From positions 1,993,252 through 2,057,251 of the forward strand of contig JBJCIZ010000744.1 of assembly GCA_051294375.1 (NCBI GenBank): DNA of 64,000 bases. Reading direction: 5' to 3'. The DNA is from Paraspadella gotoi. Its lineage: Eukaryota; Animalia; Chaetognatha. The notes beneath the pieces are model-generated. The model was not told where the DNA came from, ran no database searches, and was given only the letters and a program-made list of their open reading frames with translations. Shown one piece after another: positions 44,639 through 59,670 of this stretch. The position numbers and the translations under genes were made by a program. Position 1 is the stretch's first letter. Each line of letters opens with the position of its first letter.

Positions 44639-47637
44639 AGGAGAGAGAGAGAGATGAGAGAGAGAAGAGAAGAGAGAGAAGAGGGAGAGAGCAGGAGAGA
44701 GAGAGAGAAATGAGATGAGAGAAGTGAGAGAAGAGAGAAAGTGAGAGAGAGAGATGAGAGAGAGAGGAGAGAGAAGAGAGAGGGGAGAGTGAGAGAGAGA
44801 AGAGAGAACGGTCCTTTAATTGAATTAAATGCTCCCTTGACTGTGTCGCTTCGGTCGGGGGATGAAAAATACATTTTCCCTTGCCCCGTCCGCCATTCCT
44901 GGTTGTTTCTTTTTTTTTCCTTTTTTTTTTTTTCTTTTCTTTTTTTTGCCTTTTCTTTTCTTTTTTCTTTATTTTTTTCCTATTCCTTTTTCTTCTTTTT
45001 TTTTTTTTTCTTTCTCCTTTTTTTTTTGTTCTTTTTTTCTCTTTCTCTTTTTTTTTCTTTTTGTTTCTTCTTTTCTTCTTTCTTTTTTTTTTTTTTAATA
45101 CTTGCCCTTTCTTATTTTATTCTTTTTTCCTCATCACCTTTTTTTTTTTTTTTTTTTTTTCTTTCCTCTTCCCTTCCCTCCTTCTACCCCCTTTCCGCTC
45201 CCCCCGCCCCTTCCTTCTTTCAGTTCCCATCCGGTCGCCCCCTCCCCCCCCTCCCTTTCTCTCCCTTCCCTCCTTCTCCTCCTCCCCCTCCTCTCCCACT
45301 TCCCTTCTCACCCTTTCCTTTTTTTGTTTGTCTTCCGTTTTTTCTCTTTTCTTTTTTTTTTTTTTTTTTTTTTTCTTTCTTTTTTTTTTTTTGGGTTTTT
45401 TTTTCTTTTCTTTTCTTTTTCCCTTTTCTTTTCTTTTCTTTTGCTTTTTTCTTTTCCTTCTATCCTTTTTTTCTTTTCTTATTTTTATCTTTTTTTTTTC
45501 TTTTTCTTTGTCTTTTCTTCTCAATTCCTTCTCTTTTCTTTTCTTGTTATTCTTTGGCTTTTTCTTTTCTTTTCCTTCTCGTTTTACCTTTTTTTCTTTT
45601 ATCTTTTTTTCTTTTCTTTCCTTTTCTTTCTTTTATTTTCTTTTCTCTTTTATTCTTGTGGTTTCCTTTTCTTTTCTTGTTTTTTCTTTTTTTTCTTTTC
45701 CTTCTATTTTCCCTTCGTCTTTCTCTTTTCTTTGCTTCTTTTTCCTTTTCTGTTTCTTTTTCTTTTATTTTTGCGTTTCTTTTCCTTTTCCTTTTTTCTT
45801 TTCTTTTCTTTTTTCTTTTCTATTCTTTTAAATGCTTTTTTATCTTCCTTTTTTAATTCTTCTTTTTTTTTTATCTTACTTCTCTTTCTCTTCCTTTTCC
45901 TTTTTCTTTTCGCTTTTTTTTATATCTTTAATCCTTTTTAGTTTCACATGCTTTTCCCTCGCTAACTGTTAATTCTTATTTCTATCGTGGGCAATTTTTT
46001 TTTTAATCCCTCGACTTGGTCCTCGTCTATCCTCTCTCCCTTCTCATCAATCTCATCTCGCCGGTCTCCTCTTCCCTCTCCTCTTCGTCTCTCGCCTTCC
46101 TATCGTCTCCTCTTCTCATACTCTCACCTCCTCTCCAGCCCTTTTCTGGAAGCCTGTGCAAATTCGTCGGGGAACTTCGATCAAAGAATAAGAAAATTAT
46201 AAAAAAAAAAAAAGGACAAAAAAAAAATTTTTTTGTTCTCTCTCAGCAAGAAAAAAAATTTTCCGCCCAAAAAAAACTTCATAAATACGTGAATTAAATA
46301 ATTTTCGGTCGAGGCTTGCCGAAGAGAGAGGGTTTCGCCTGCGGGTCGTGGGTGCGGCGGGGCGGGATCTGCAGCGGGCTTTCGCGGCGTCGGGACTTCC
46401 GCAGTGCGGCGGCGGAAAAGTTGAATGGATTATCGAGCTGTATTGTAAATTTTGCCGCTGACGCAAATTTTGTTGTAGATTTTGGTCTGTTATGCTAACG
46501 AAATGTTTGGTCTCTCTCTCTCTCTCTTCTTCTCTCTCTCTCTTGGTGACTCCTCCCATCTCTCGACTCATCCATCTCCTCGTCGTTCTGCTCTATTCTC
46601 TCTCCGTCTCTTCTATCGTCATCTCTCTTTTTATTATTTTGTTCTAAAGAAAAATAATTCATTTGTTTGTGTTTTTTTTTTTCTCTCCCCCATGTCTCCC
46701 CCCTCTTTTTTTTCCCCCCAAATCCTTACCTTTGTCCTTTAGCCGTTCTTTTCCTCCTGTCGCCATTTTGCTTTTTCTTCTTCTCTCCTTACCTTCATGA
46801 AAAATTGGGACCATTCGTTCTAAAAACCAGGTAAGTTTCCGTTTGATGATCTCCGTAATCGGCATTTGAAAGTGAGGTACGAAGAAAAAAGAAAGAGAGA
46901 GGGAGAGAGAGAGAGAGAGAGGGAAGAAGAAAAAGGAGAGGAAGAAGAGGAGCTAGAGAGGGAGTGGGAAGAGAGAGAGATGGAGAGGAGACAGAAGAGA
47001 GAGAGAGAGAGGAAGATAGAGAGGAGAGAAATATTTTTGCTCGTAGCCCNNNNNNNNNNNNNNNNNNNNNNNNNTTTCTCTTTCGATTTTAATTCAAATG
47101 AATATCATAAGAGGAGATCGCAGAAGCAAGAGAAGCGAATGCGAATATAACTGAAGCTTCTACAAGAGCGCAATTCGAGTATTTGATACAAATAAGAAAA
47201 CATTACTGGAGATATATCAAGCATCCAGAGCATCCACTTAGTCACTCTCTCTCTCTCTCTCTCTCTCCTCTCTCTTCTTCTCTTCTATCTCTCTCTCTTT
47301 CTCTCTTCTCAATCTCTCTCTCTCTCTCCTCTCTCTGCTCTGTCTCTCGTCTCTCTCTCTTGTCTCTGTCTCTCTCTCTCTCGAGGCTCGACTCCTCTCT
47401 TCTCTCTCTCTCTCTATTTTTAACCATATAGAAGCACCCCGAAATCCGGGGACGACATGCGCTGGCGACTCTAGTCTAATTCTCTTCTTTTCGCGTCTGA
47501 ATGGCATTTGATAAGTTTGGAAGTGGGAGACTGCCGCCAGTTGAAACGCCTCGCTTCTCTTCACGAACTTACCCCTTTTCTTTTTCGCCCTCTCTGCTCT
47601 GAAATCCCTTACCTTTCTTTAACTCTGCCTAACTATT

Positions 47638-47724
<87 letters not shown>

Positions 47725-47730
47725 TCTCTC

Positions 47731-47775
<45 letters not shown>

Positions 47776-48461
47776 GAGCCTCACCCTTCCATCCTCTCAC
47801 CACACCGCGCATCCTCTCATCCCCAACGAACTTACCAGAGCTAAAAATTATCTCTCCCTTATCTATTTATCTGCTCTTCTCGATCTCTCTGCTCTCTCTC
47901 TCTTCTCCTTCTCTCTCTTCTCTCTCTCTCTCTCGTCTCTCTCTTCTCTCTCTCTCTCTCTTTTTATCCTCGACTTCATATAAAAAGTTGTTGATGAGGA
48001 AGATTTTGATGGAAACTCGGAAAGCTTTTTCCTATTTTTTTTTCTTACGGTCCCTTTCCTCCTTTCGCGTAATCCGTCCAATTTTCTCTTCCATTCTTCA
48101 ATTTTTTTTTCTCTCTTCCTCCTTTCCTCCCTTTTTTCTCGTTTTTTCCCCTTTTTTTTCTCTTTTCCTGTTTTGATACATACGACAGCAGGGATGTAAT
48201 TGAAAAAATACCACGAGAGATAAAAGAAGACTTAATACTATTTAAATCAATCTCAAATAGATTTAAAAAAAAAATTTAAAAACCCATTGTCTTTTGAAAA
48301 AAGTTTCGAAAGGGCGAGAAGTACCGCGGGGTCGAGATAAAGCGAGCGCTAAATGATCCAACTTTAAAAGTAACGACTTTGTGATAAACTGCTGTAATTC
48401 GAATTTTGCTTTTTTATGTTTATTTTTTAATACTTATAAAATTAGTATTAAAGAAGTCCTC

Positions 48462-48605
48462 TTTTTCTTTTCTTTTCTTTTCTTTTCTTTTCTTTTCTTT
48501 TCTTTTCTTTCCTTTCCTTTCCTTTCCTTTCCTTTCCTTTCCTTTCCTTTCCTTTCCTTTCCTTTCCTTTCCTTTCCTTTCCTTTCCTTTCCTTTCCTTT
48601 CCTTT
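48462..48605. repeat. Compound (TTTTC)n(TTTCC)n pentanucleotide microsatellite
   Basis: Seen directly. Confidence 0.95.
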
Positions 48606-48735
48606 TTCATCCTTCCTTTTCTCTTTTTCCTTTTTCCTTCCCCATTTTTTTCTCGAGCCTCCATCGCTGACCAATTGTGTCGTCATGATTGAGCCATTTT
48701 CGTCGTCGTCGATGACCACATCATTTACGCCAATG

Positions 48736-48793
<58 letters not shown>

Positions 48794-49467
48794 GAACTGC
48801 CCATAGTTGGAGGTTATTCTCAGTCTGTCCACGACTAATCCATCAAGGTACATCTCTCTTTCCACAATTCCGAGCGANNNNNNNNNNNNNNNNNNNNNNN
48901 NNNNNNNNNNNNNNNNNNNNNNNNNNNNNNNNNNNNNNNNNNNNNNNNNNNNNNNNNNNNNNNNNNNNNNNNNNNNNNNNNNNNNNNNNNNNNNNNNNNN
49001 NNNNNNNNNNNNNNNNNNNNNNNNNNNNNNNNNNNNNNNNNNNNNNNNNNNNNNNNNNNNNNNCTCGTTAAAAAACAATTCTCTCATTTTTTTTTTCGAT
49101 CCTCATCGCTCCGTGCTCGGACGATCTGCCCGCCCCCCCTCTCCCCACGCACCTCTTCTAACATCCCTCGATTTCCACCCCCTTCTCAAAAACCCCCTTC
49201 CCAGCCCATTCTTCTCTCTACTTCAATTATGATAAATGAGTAATCTCTCTCTTGTGCTCTCCTGTTTATTTTTTTAATCTTTTCTTTTTCCTTTTCCTTC
49301 TCCTCTTCCTTTTTCTTTCTCCTCTTCCTCTCTCTCCTCTTCCTTTTTCTTTCTCCTCTTCCTTTTTTCCCCTTTTTTTTCTCTTCTGTCTTTTGAGGTT
49401 TTGTATCCTGATGATTGAACCTCCTGCGACGCTTTTCATTCTCGGCTCATTTGCATTGAAAATTGCT

Positions 49468-49505
<38 letters not shown>

Positions 49506-50288
49506 NNNNNNNNNNNNNNNNNNNNNNNNNNNNNNNNNNNNNNNNNNNNNNNNNNNNNNNNNNNNNNNNNNNNNNNNNNNNNNNNNNNNNNNNNNNNNNN
49601 NNNNNNNNNNNNNNNNNNNNNNNNNNNNNNNNNNNNNNNNNNNNNNNNNNNNNNNNNNNNNNNNNNNNNNNNNNNNNNNNNNNNNNNNNNNNNNNNNNNN
49701 NNNNNNNNNAAAAAAAACCGCAAGAAAAAGGGAGAAAAGAAAAATGGTGAAATAAAATCCTCGTAGTTGTTTTCAGATTTCGCTAAAACGAGCAACGGTT
49801 TAAACGAGTTTATCATCTAGAGCGAGAAAAATTGGAGCTTTATTTGGATGAAAAAAGGTTTATACAACCCTTCCTGTTATGTTATAACTTTAATTAACGA
49901 ATCCAGGGAACTTAATTCTTCAACAACAAAAAACCAAACTTCCAATGTGACTCGTTTTATCGTATTTAAAAAAAAGAATATTGAGGAAAATCTTTTTTAG
50001 AATATTGTGCGAAGTTTAATATCTTCGGAAAGTACTGGAGAAGGATAGACCAAAAAGATAGTCAAATAGACAAATAGACACACCAAATAGACAAATAGAC
50101 GCAGAAAGAAACACTACATAAACTAATTTAAACAATAAATATTCTCACGATCTATTTTTTTTGCACCAAAATATTTTTCTTTCTCTTGACCTCTGAATAT
50201 ATTTTTGCCCGAAATGAGATTAATTCTAGAAAAGGATCTCAGCTTAATCCCCAACATTATCCTCGTTATCATGAACGAACCTGATTCC

Positions 50289-50323
<35 letters not shown>

Positions 50324-50822
50324 NNNNNNNNNNNNNNNNNNNNNNNNNNNNNNNNNNNNNNNNNNNNNNNNNNNNNNNNNNNNNNNNNNNNNNNNNNNNN
50401 NNNNNNNNNNNNNNNNNNNNNNNCGCCACGCCTCTATAACTGAAAGCAGGCTGACCACAATAAAACCTTTTCTATAGAGCCACCCAAAAATTAGGAGATA
50501 TTTGGTTCTTCTTTGTCCTAATTTTTTAAACAGTTAATTAATTAATTAATTTAACAATTAAACAAGTATATTTTTTTTAAAATTGTGTATGATTATTAAT
50601 CGCAATTTTTTTCATTAATAAAATTATAGTTCATATATGAAGGTTTTTAAAGTGAAACGCTTCATGGCCTATATACTATATAGTATATAGTATCTATCTT
50701 TTCAAACGTTCAAGCCTTAAAACCCTTCATTCAAAAACCACCTTTGCCACCCTCGAAAACCACCTTCACCCCCTTTTAAAACCACCCTACCCCCCCCAAA
50801 ACCCCCCTTTCCTCCTTACTAC

Positions 50823-50996
50823 CTTTTGAAGTGGACTACGTTCCCTCGCCCAAAGTCCGTGATCCTTATTATTTCCGACCCCTGACCTCGGGGAAGGGGA
50901 ATTGAGGGGAGGGCAAGGGGAGGTCGTTGGGGTACAGGGGTGGGGGATCGAAACGGCTTTGACCCCTAGGGGTGGGGTTGGGGCCCAGTCCCCGAA
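50823..50996 (-). CDS. Candidate orphan internal exon (58 codons, Pro-rich)
   Basis: Acceptor TCTCCTCCCCCAG|, donor AAG|GTAGTA, 174 nt. Open phase-0 frame FGDWAPTPPLGVKAVSIPHPCTPTTSPCPPLNSPSPRSGVGNNKDHGLWARERSPLQK. GC-rich island in AT-rich surroundings. Confidence 0.25.
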
Positions 50997-51542
50997 CTGG
51001 GGGAGGAGACAGTGGGGACAATGAGACTCTCGGGGAAGTTGGCGGCGAGAACAAATGATGGAGACCTTACCCGCGAGAACTTACCTTCGGATTTGCCTTT
51101 TTAAATCGTTGTTGTTGTTGTTTGTTTACTTTTTTTTCCGTTTCTCATCTGATTTGAGAGAAACTGTTATTTCAAATCGAAATGAAATTCGTTGTCAAGT
51201 TTTGAATGTTAAAAAAAATATGGTTCGTCATTATGCAATATAATATAATATAATACACAATTACACAATTACGGAGGAAAATCATCCGTAATAAAAAGTT
51301 GTATTACATTAAAATAACGATAGCGTAACTTGATAGCGATAATTCGATAATGGTACGAGACAAAGCGTAACATTATTATTAACCCACGAAACACACAATA
51401 TCTAAAGGCTTTATGCGTATAGTAATGTTGTTTTATCTCTTTATTTATATTTGTTAAATAATATCCGTTAACTGTTGAGAGGAATTCGCTAAAAAAACTT
51501 GAGGCACTAGAAAGCCTTTTTAAGTTGATTAATCAGGCAAGA

Positions 51543-51604
<62 letters not shown>

Positions 51605-51720
51605 TCCTCTCTCTCTCTCTGTATCGTCTAGAATTTATTATAATAGTTTTTTAAGCCTTTGAATCTCCATTTTTTGATTGATTTAAAACGGACATCTCCT
51701 GTCCTTGCTGCTTGTCATCC

Positions 51721-51796
<76 letters not shown>

Positions 51797-52204
51797 CCTC
51801 CTCTCTAACTCTCATCAAGCGGCTAATCAGCCTGCCGAAGTCCCCGGAGGCAGAGCCGGCGAATCAGTCTGTAGCCAGTTTTATGTCCACTCCGGGTCGA
51901 AGAAATGGCCTTTTGTTTATCAGAATAAATAAAAAATAAATGAATGAATTTACACTAATCAATAAATACTTATACAAATTAAAAGTAATTCAAAAGATAT
52001 AAAATATATAAATACTTAATAAATAAATAAATAAATTAGGAAAATAAACAATTAAATAAATATATAAACAAATAATAATTATTATATATATATCGTTCTA
52101 GGGATTTTAAATTGTTTGATAACACGATGAGACAGTGAGTCGCTTCAAAGGAGCGCTCGATAATTCCTAGTGCGAGAAGTGGAGGTTCCATCGTCAACTG
52201 TCAA

Positions 52205-52235
<31 letters not shown>

Positions 52236-52430
52236 CCATCATCATCATCATAACAATCATCATGATCATCATCATCGTCATCATCATCACCATCTTCATC
52301 AACATAGTCAACGTCATTGTAGTCATCATCATCGTCACTTTCATCATAACTATAATCATTGTCATAAACATCATCACCATCATCATCATTATCTTCATCA
52401 TGATGATGATCATCTTCATCATCTTCGCTA
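52205..52430. repeat. Degenerate (ATC)n microsatellite
   Basis: Seen directly; source of the poly-Asp/Met/Ile ORFs. Confidence 0.9.
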
Positions 52431-52485
52431 TCACCTACCCAAAGTGTATGAAAGGAATATGAAGCCGTCGAGAGGACTTTCATTA

Positions 52486-52535
<50 letters not shown>

Positions 52536-52817
52536 TCCCTCTTGTTTCTAAAGCGCCTCTCGTGGCTTCGGGGAAGAAACTCTGGAGGAAAAAAAAAAGT
52601 CACTTAATGCGAGAGAAGTTGGAGGGAGGAAGGAATGGAGGAGGAAGGAAGGGGGAAGGAAGGAAGAGGAAGGAGGAAGAGGAAGGAAAAGGAATGAGGA
52701 GGAAGGAAGGAGGAGGAAGGAAGGAAGAGGAATGAGGAGGAGAAATGTGAGATCAACGAACCGAAACGAAAAATGGATAAATTAAAAGAAAAAATAGAAA
52801 AAGAGGACGAATTAAAA

Positions 52818-52876
<59 letters not shown>

Positions 52877-53547
52877 ATTGCCTCTTAGGTCCCTTTGCCT
52901 TTGATGGCAGTGATTCAATGCCGAACCTTGAAAGAACTATTTTCAATTTCTATCTCGGCGAATATTTAAAATTAAAATTAAAAATGTCATTAAAGGCTTC
53001 GAATTTGTCGTCAATCGCCTCATTGGTCAATCACTTCATTTCATTTCATTTCATTTCATTTCATTTCGATCAAAACCCTGAATTCAGCTCCTCTAACCCT
53101 TTGTTTAGCTCCTCATCCTCCGCTCCAGCGCCCACTACCCCCTTCCCCCCCCCTAAAATCCCCCCCAACCGACCACCCGATCCCAAATCGGACTCATCAG
53201 AAGCCATTTCTCTTAATCAGCAGCAGCAGTCAGGAGTCGAATTAGAACTCAACTTTGGTCCGCGTTGTTTTCGGGGGCGGCGGCTGCTGCGGCGGCTGCG
53301 GCGGCTGCGGCGGCTGTGGCTGCGGCGGCTGCGGCTGCGGCGGCTGCGGCATTGTTTTCAGTCTTCGTCGTCATTCGCGGCGGCTAATTTTGCTGTTGTC
53401 GTTGTTGTCGTCGTTTCTGGTGGAAACGATTGTTTTTGTTTTTGTTATTGTTATTGTTATTGTTATTGTTTTTGTTTTTGTTTTTTGTTTTTTGTTTTTT
53501 TGTTTTTGTTTTTTTCCCGTCATCGACGTCCTTGACATCGACGGTAA

Positions 53548-53658
53548 TTCTCGATTCGTGATCATTAGAGATGAACTCGACTTTTCTCGATTCGTGATCA
53601 TTAGAGATGAACTCGACTTTTCTCGATTCGTGATCATTAGAGATGAACTCGACTTTTC
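53548..53658. repeat. 36-bp perfect tandem repeat, 3 copies
   Basis: Unit TTCTCGATTCGTGATCATTAGAGATGAACTCGACTT, no spacers. Confidence 0.95.
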
Positions 53659-53780
53659 GTCGTCCAACAAGAATAAGAAATGTAAATAAATAATATAAGA
53701 TTAACTAAATTCCCTAGAAGTCAACCGGCCCATTTCTGTCACAACCAGTTACTTCGCAAAGTTTGCCTCGACCTGGAAAA

Positions 53781-53819
<39 letters not shown>

Positions 53820-54094
53820 TCTTCTTTTCCTCTCACCATCTCACCGTAAACAATCACTGCTCACGGACCTTCACACTTTTTAACTCGGTGATTGTGGCCA
53901 ATGGAGGGCCGAGCCAATTGCTCTCTCTCTCTCTCTCTCTCTCTNNNNNNNNNNNNNNNNNNNNNNNNNTTCCTCTCTCTCTCTCTCTCTCTTTTTTTAT
54001 CCTCCCTTCTCTCTTCTCTTCCCCCTGCTCTCTCCTCCCCTCTCTTTCCTCTCTCTCTCTCCTCATGTTGGCTGAAGTGAATAAATAAATTTTG

Positions 54095-54480
54095 TGGGAA
54101 GACCGCAGAGAAGAGCGAGAAGTCGCAGGTCGTATATCTGAGACCAGTAGCAGACTTGCTCCTATCAGACAACAGACGACAGACAAAGACAAGGTGAAAA
54201 ATGAACACGGAAATGGTGCAGGTGCAAAACAGAGGAGGGGAAAATGCGAATTAAAAAAAATAGAGGAAAGAAAAAATAGAAAAAAGGGAAATAGGAAATG
54301 ATGGAAAAATAGAAAAAGAAAGAAAAGCAACAGAGAAGAGGAAAGCAGAGAAAATAAAAGGAAAAGAAAAGCGAGAAGCGCAGGAAAAGACCTAGAAATA
54401 AAAAGGGAAGAAGGAAGAAAACGAGAAGAAGAGAAAGCAAAGAGAAAGTAAAAGGTCGGAGTATCTTGCCGGAAAAGCGG
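54095..54480 (+). repeat. Noisy direct copy of 55445-55790
   Basis: Shared AAAATGAACACGGAAATG...GAATTAAAAAAAATAGAGGAAAGAAAAA. Confidence 0.82.
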
Positions 54481-55979
54481 AAAACTACACAGACAAGGAT
54501 TCTACGGAGGAATGTGCAAGCATGCAAAGAGAGACATGTGCTGACTCTAACGCCGGTGATTTAGCGCGCGACGGGGGCGCAGGATGGATGGGGGTAAAAA
54601 AGCGCGTGAGGAAGTGGCGAGAGTCGAGGTAAGGTCCAATGGTGCAAGTTAGTTAAGGAAGACAGCAAGAAGGAAAAGAGGATTATTTAAAATTGAGAGC
54701 CAATGAGGTAGAGGGCAGCTAGAATTTCAGATTGAGACGTATCCAAAAAAAATTGGATATACTTGCACATACGATTAGTGAACGGGGCCAACCGAGGATT
54801 GACCCAGCCACGATGAGCTGCCGAGACTATATGTTATTTCTACCATAGCTCTCCGTCCACTCCAAAGTCGCGAAACTATGAGTACATCTCACTTGTAGGA
54901 CCTGGCGATACTCTCTGTACGCGATTATAAGCGACTTCGCTACTCTGGTTAGGAGAGAGCCTACTTTGACTCCTTCCACTTCTGATTAATTTAAGAGAGG
55001 ATTATCTAACGACGCCTACACATCATACCGGCGGCAGCGATGGAATTCAGGCCTGTTCGGAGGGCGGGCTACGCCTGGAATCGTCACCGAACATGGGCGG
55101 ATGAACCGGACCCTACAAAACCGATCGGCGAGTCATCGGCCTGCCGACTCAAAGACGCCAGGCAGGCGGAGAAACACATTACTAAGGACGCCACTTCGGG
55201 TGAGAGAGTTCGCGTGCATTGCGGTCAATTTGTGGTTTGAACTTGATTTTGAATTTGTCAATTTCATGGATAGATTTGATTTTAGTGAGTCGGTGTCGAG
55301 AAGCCGTTTAATGTTAATACGTGAAAACGTTGAATTGTTTGGAGATTTATTCGCTGTCATATAAACAATAAAGCTTTATTATAATCTTTGGAAGCTTCGA
55401 ATCGAATTTATTAAAGAATTGACGTCTCTCTCTCATGAAAAAGGTGGGAAGACTCGCAGAGAAGAGAAGTGAGACTGACAGACAGACAACAGACAGGTGA
55501 AAATGAACACGGAAATGCTGCAGGGCAAAACGAGGGGAAAATGGAATTAAAAAAAATAGAGGAAAGAAAAATAGAAAAAAGGAAATAGAAATGAGGAAAA
55601 AAAGAAAAGAAAAGAAAAGAAAGAGAAGGAGAAAAGCAGAGAAATGAAAGGAAAGAAACAGAGAAGGAGAAAAGACTAGAAATAAAAAAGAAGAAGGAGA
55701 AGAGAAGAAGAAAAGCAAAGAAATAAAAGGGAAGAAGGAGAAGAGAAGAAGAAAAGCAAAGATTTAAAAGGGAAGAAGATGCCGAACATTTTTTTTTCTT
55801 TCTCCGTAATCGNNNNNNNNNNNNNNNNNNNNNNNNNNNNNNNNNNNNNNNNNNNNNNNNNNNNNNNNNNNNNNNNNNNNNNNNNNNNNNNNNNNNNNNN
55901 NNNNNNNNNNNNNNNNNNNGCGCAATTATCGAGAGACAGTGGCTCTGAGGCTTGTCGTTTACAACCTTTTGTTGGAGAG

Positions 55980-56066
<87 letters not shown>

Positions 56067-57964
56067 TATTCGTCTTGTCCCTGTAAAATTCCTTGTTCTC
56101 TCTTTCTAATGAAATTGGTAGAACCAATATTAAAATTATCCATTCCTTCAATGAATAAGATTTCTTGCTTCTGACTTTGTGCAGCCTATGATTGGTCAAA
56201 GACTCCATTTCTCTTACAAGATAATGACATAGCGTGATACTGTAAGGTTTTAATCAAGACCCACTCACAGTCTCCTTTATTCAATAATTTCACTGTATTA
56301 TATTTCAAAGAATATATTGAATGTATTAGATCGGTGAATACAATATTGTACTTTATCTTATTCATATTTCTTTCCTTAAATTTCTTTCTTCTTTTTTCCT
56401 TTCTTTCTTTTTTTTCTTTCTAAACTTCTTTTTGACCACTGACCACTTCGACTACTAACCTAAACCACTTCCATTTTACCCCCACCTTTTCCACCCAATT
56501 GTCTTCCTTCAGTTCTGCGTTATTATTTTTTTGGGGCACAATTCGTTTCGTAATGTAATGTAATGTAATTTAATTTAATTTAATTTTTAATTCTCCTCCA
56601 CGAGTATTTTTTTTTCTTTTTTAATTTTTTCGAAATTGAGAATTTTTTATCCTTTTGATCTCATTTGTTCTTTGATCCTCTGTTTTTCTTTCCATCTTGT
56701 TTTCTCCTTTTTATCTTTTTTTTTTGTCGTTTTTNNNNNNNNNNNNNNNNNNNNNNNNNNNNNNNNNNNNNNNNNNNNNNNNNNNNNNNNNNNNNNNNNN
56801 NNNNNNNNNNNNNNNNNNNNNNNNNNNNNNNNNNNNNNNNNNNNNNNNNNNNNNNNNNNNNNNNNNNNNNNNNNNNNNNNNNCTCTCTCTCTCTCTCTCT
56901 CTCCCTTTATCCTTTGACATTTGCAATTCCCCTGTTCGTCGACCGGGGAGTTGAAAGTAAAGGAGGAAGAAGGAAAAAGAAAAGAGGAGGAGGAGGAGGA
57001 AGAGAAGGAGGAAGAAGAAGAGGATCGAAGGTCAACAATTCACGACGGTTGCCCACTCTTTAAAAATCACCAACTAAAAAACTTTTCTATTTAAAATTAG
57101 AATTATAAAGTAAAACCCAATTTATTTACCAGTTGATGAGTTTTCTCACTTGCTTACACAGCATAATTATTGTATTATAAAATCTTGGAAGAGGGATGGA
57201 TGCCATAACAAAACCAAAAAAAAATTGTATACATTAGTAATTCTTATTTCATTCTCTCCTGTGATTGGTCGATGAAGGTTCATTCAACCAATCACATCGG
57301 GGCCAAGACGCTAATCACAACCGACATCTCTCGCCATGGAACCACGCTGGCTCATTTTCAAAATTCCGATATAACGAAAACTCTCTTTCGCCGAGTCGCT
57401 CCTCCTACTCGACGCATTTCTCAGAAATGCGACGGTTTTCTTTTGTGAGAGAGAAAATCCGCGGAGGAAAAACTTCATTCAAAAAAAGGGCGCGTCCCTT
57501 GGGAGGATACAAAAGTCGAAAATTGAACTTCGATTTTCTATGAGAGAGNNNNNNNNNNNNNNNNNNNNNNNNNNNNNNNNNNNNNNNNNNNNNNNNNNNN
57601 NNNNNNNNNNNNNNNNNNNNNNNNNNNNNNNNNNNNNNNNNNNNNNNNNNNNNNNNNNNNNNNNNNNNNNNNNNNNNNNNNNNNNNNNNNNNNNNNNNNN
57701 NNNNNNNNNNNNNNNNNNNNNNNNNNNNNNNNNNNNNNNNNNNNNNNNNNNNNNNNNNACTTTCTTTCCCTCTCCGCCGCGATCCTTGATGACCGGAAAT
57801 GAGCAAAGAGGAATGAAGCGAATGAAGTAGAAGGGAAAAGGGAAAATTAAATGAAGCGAAAGGAAATGACGCGAAATGAAGCGGAATGAAGCGANNNNNN
57901 NNNNTTGATTAATATATAAATTGGATAAATAATTAAATCTAGACAGATAGACAAATGAATATAT

Positions 57965-57980
57965 ATAGATAGATAGATAA

Positions 57981-58060
<80 letters not shown>
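57965..58060. repeat. (GATA)n microsatellite
   Basis: Seen directly. Confidence 0.96.
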
Positions 58061-58061
<1 letters not shown>

Positions 58062-59035
58062 AAGAATAATAAATCCCGACAAATGGATGAGTAAATAGAT
58101 TTTTAAAACCAGAATTTTCAATCCTTTTTTTCTTCTTTTCAAGTAAAACGATATTTTTAAAAAGTTTTCTGTGAAAGAGAAACAATAATTATTGGAAAGT
58201 AAAGTTCGACGTTGAAAAGTTTTTAATGTTTTTCTTTCTTTTCTTTCTTTATTTTCTTTCTTTTCTTTCTTTTCTTTTTATTTTTCGCTGATTGAAAAAA
58301 TATTGGCTTTTTTTTTCTTTAATTTTAAAGTTGTCGTTTTTAAACTCTTATCCTACGTATATATCTTTAAACAATGACACGGTGGAATAAAGTAGTATTT
58401 TTTTTCCTCTCTCCTCTTCTCTTCTCTTCTCTTCTCTTCTCTTCTCTTCTCTTCTCTTCTCTTCTCTTCTCTTCTCTTTTCTTCTCTTCTCTTCTCCTCT
58501 CTTCTCCTCCGCCCCCCCTCCCTTTAGCATCTCTTAACCCACGAATCGTTTAGTTCTTTGACCCGAAATAATTTTCGCGTCTTGGGCCGAACCTAATTTG
58601 CCTTCGAATCGGCGTTTAAGAAATGCTCAGACTTGAATGTAATAACAACACTCAATTTAATGTTTTTTAATGTTTTTTCTTCTATTTTTTACAATGTCGA
58701 ATGATTAATAATAGCTATTTCAATAAAAAAAAATGTCATAAAGATGCGCACGATTCGATTTAACGTAATCACTTTTTATATTTAAATGAAGGAAATGGAT
58801 TTTGTAATATTTATATTTATAATTTTAAAGCTTACAAGTTAGGTACATATCTCCTTAATCAAACGTCAAAAAATCGGTGTACATCTTGGCTCGAGAGAAG
58901 AAAAAGCTTGCAAAAATGATTGCAACGAATCGAGCGTCGGTGAAAAGGATCACAACTGCTTGTTTGTCTCCCATAAAAACGAGAACCTCGAACGGGATAG
59001 CTATCAGTAGAGCAATCTCGATCCGAGCCGGCCCT

Positions 59036-59157
<122 letters not shown>

Positions 59158-59556
59158 TCGGCCATAACAACGACAATGGAAAGAAATTAGGAGGAACCAA
59201 TGGTGCTTCTGTAAAGAAAGATGGGAGGAAAATGTTAAAGGAGAACGAAGAGGGTAGAGGAGAATTGTTCTAGAATATCTCAGAACGAGGCTCGCCTTGA
59301 CATTTGTTTTTATTGGGAAGCGTTGCGACATCTGTCGGGACTTGAGAAAAAACGATATGGCTTTTGTGTTTCAAAAAAAAAAAAAGGATTTTTATTATGA
59401 AAAAAAAAACTGGGAGTGAAAACGTTAGGAAATCACGCAGAAATCACCTGAAAAGACTAATAAAGTCTATTTATCACGTCTCTTGTGAAACCGGAGAAAG
59501 TGATTAAGAAATTCCTCGCTGATTGGTCGGCCGTGACTCGCATGGTCAAGTCAAGA

Positions 59557-59670
<114 letters not shown>

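Noticed and set aside
53548-53658. 36-bp repeats of CRISPR-like length
   Set aside because: No spacers; simple tandem triplication.
54500-55400. Higher-complexity stretch with short ORFs
   Set aside because: No recognisable motifs or splice structure, and it lies between two duplicate copies; probably low-quality read sequence.
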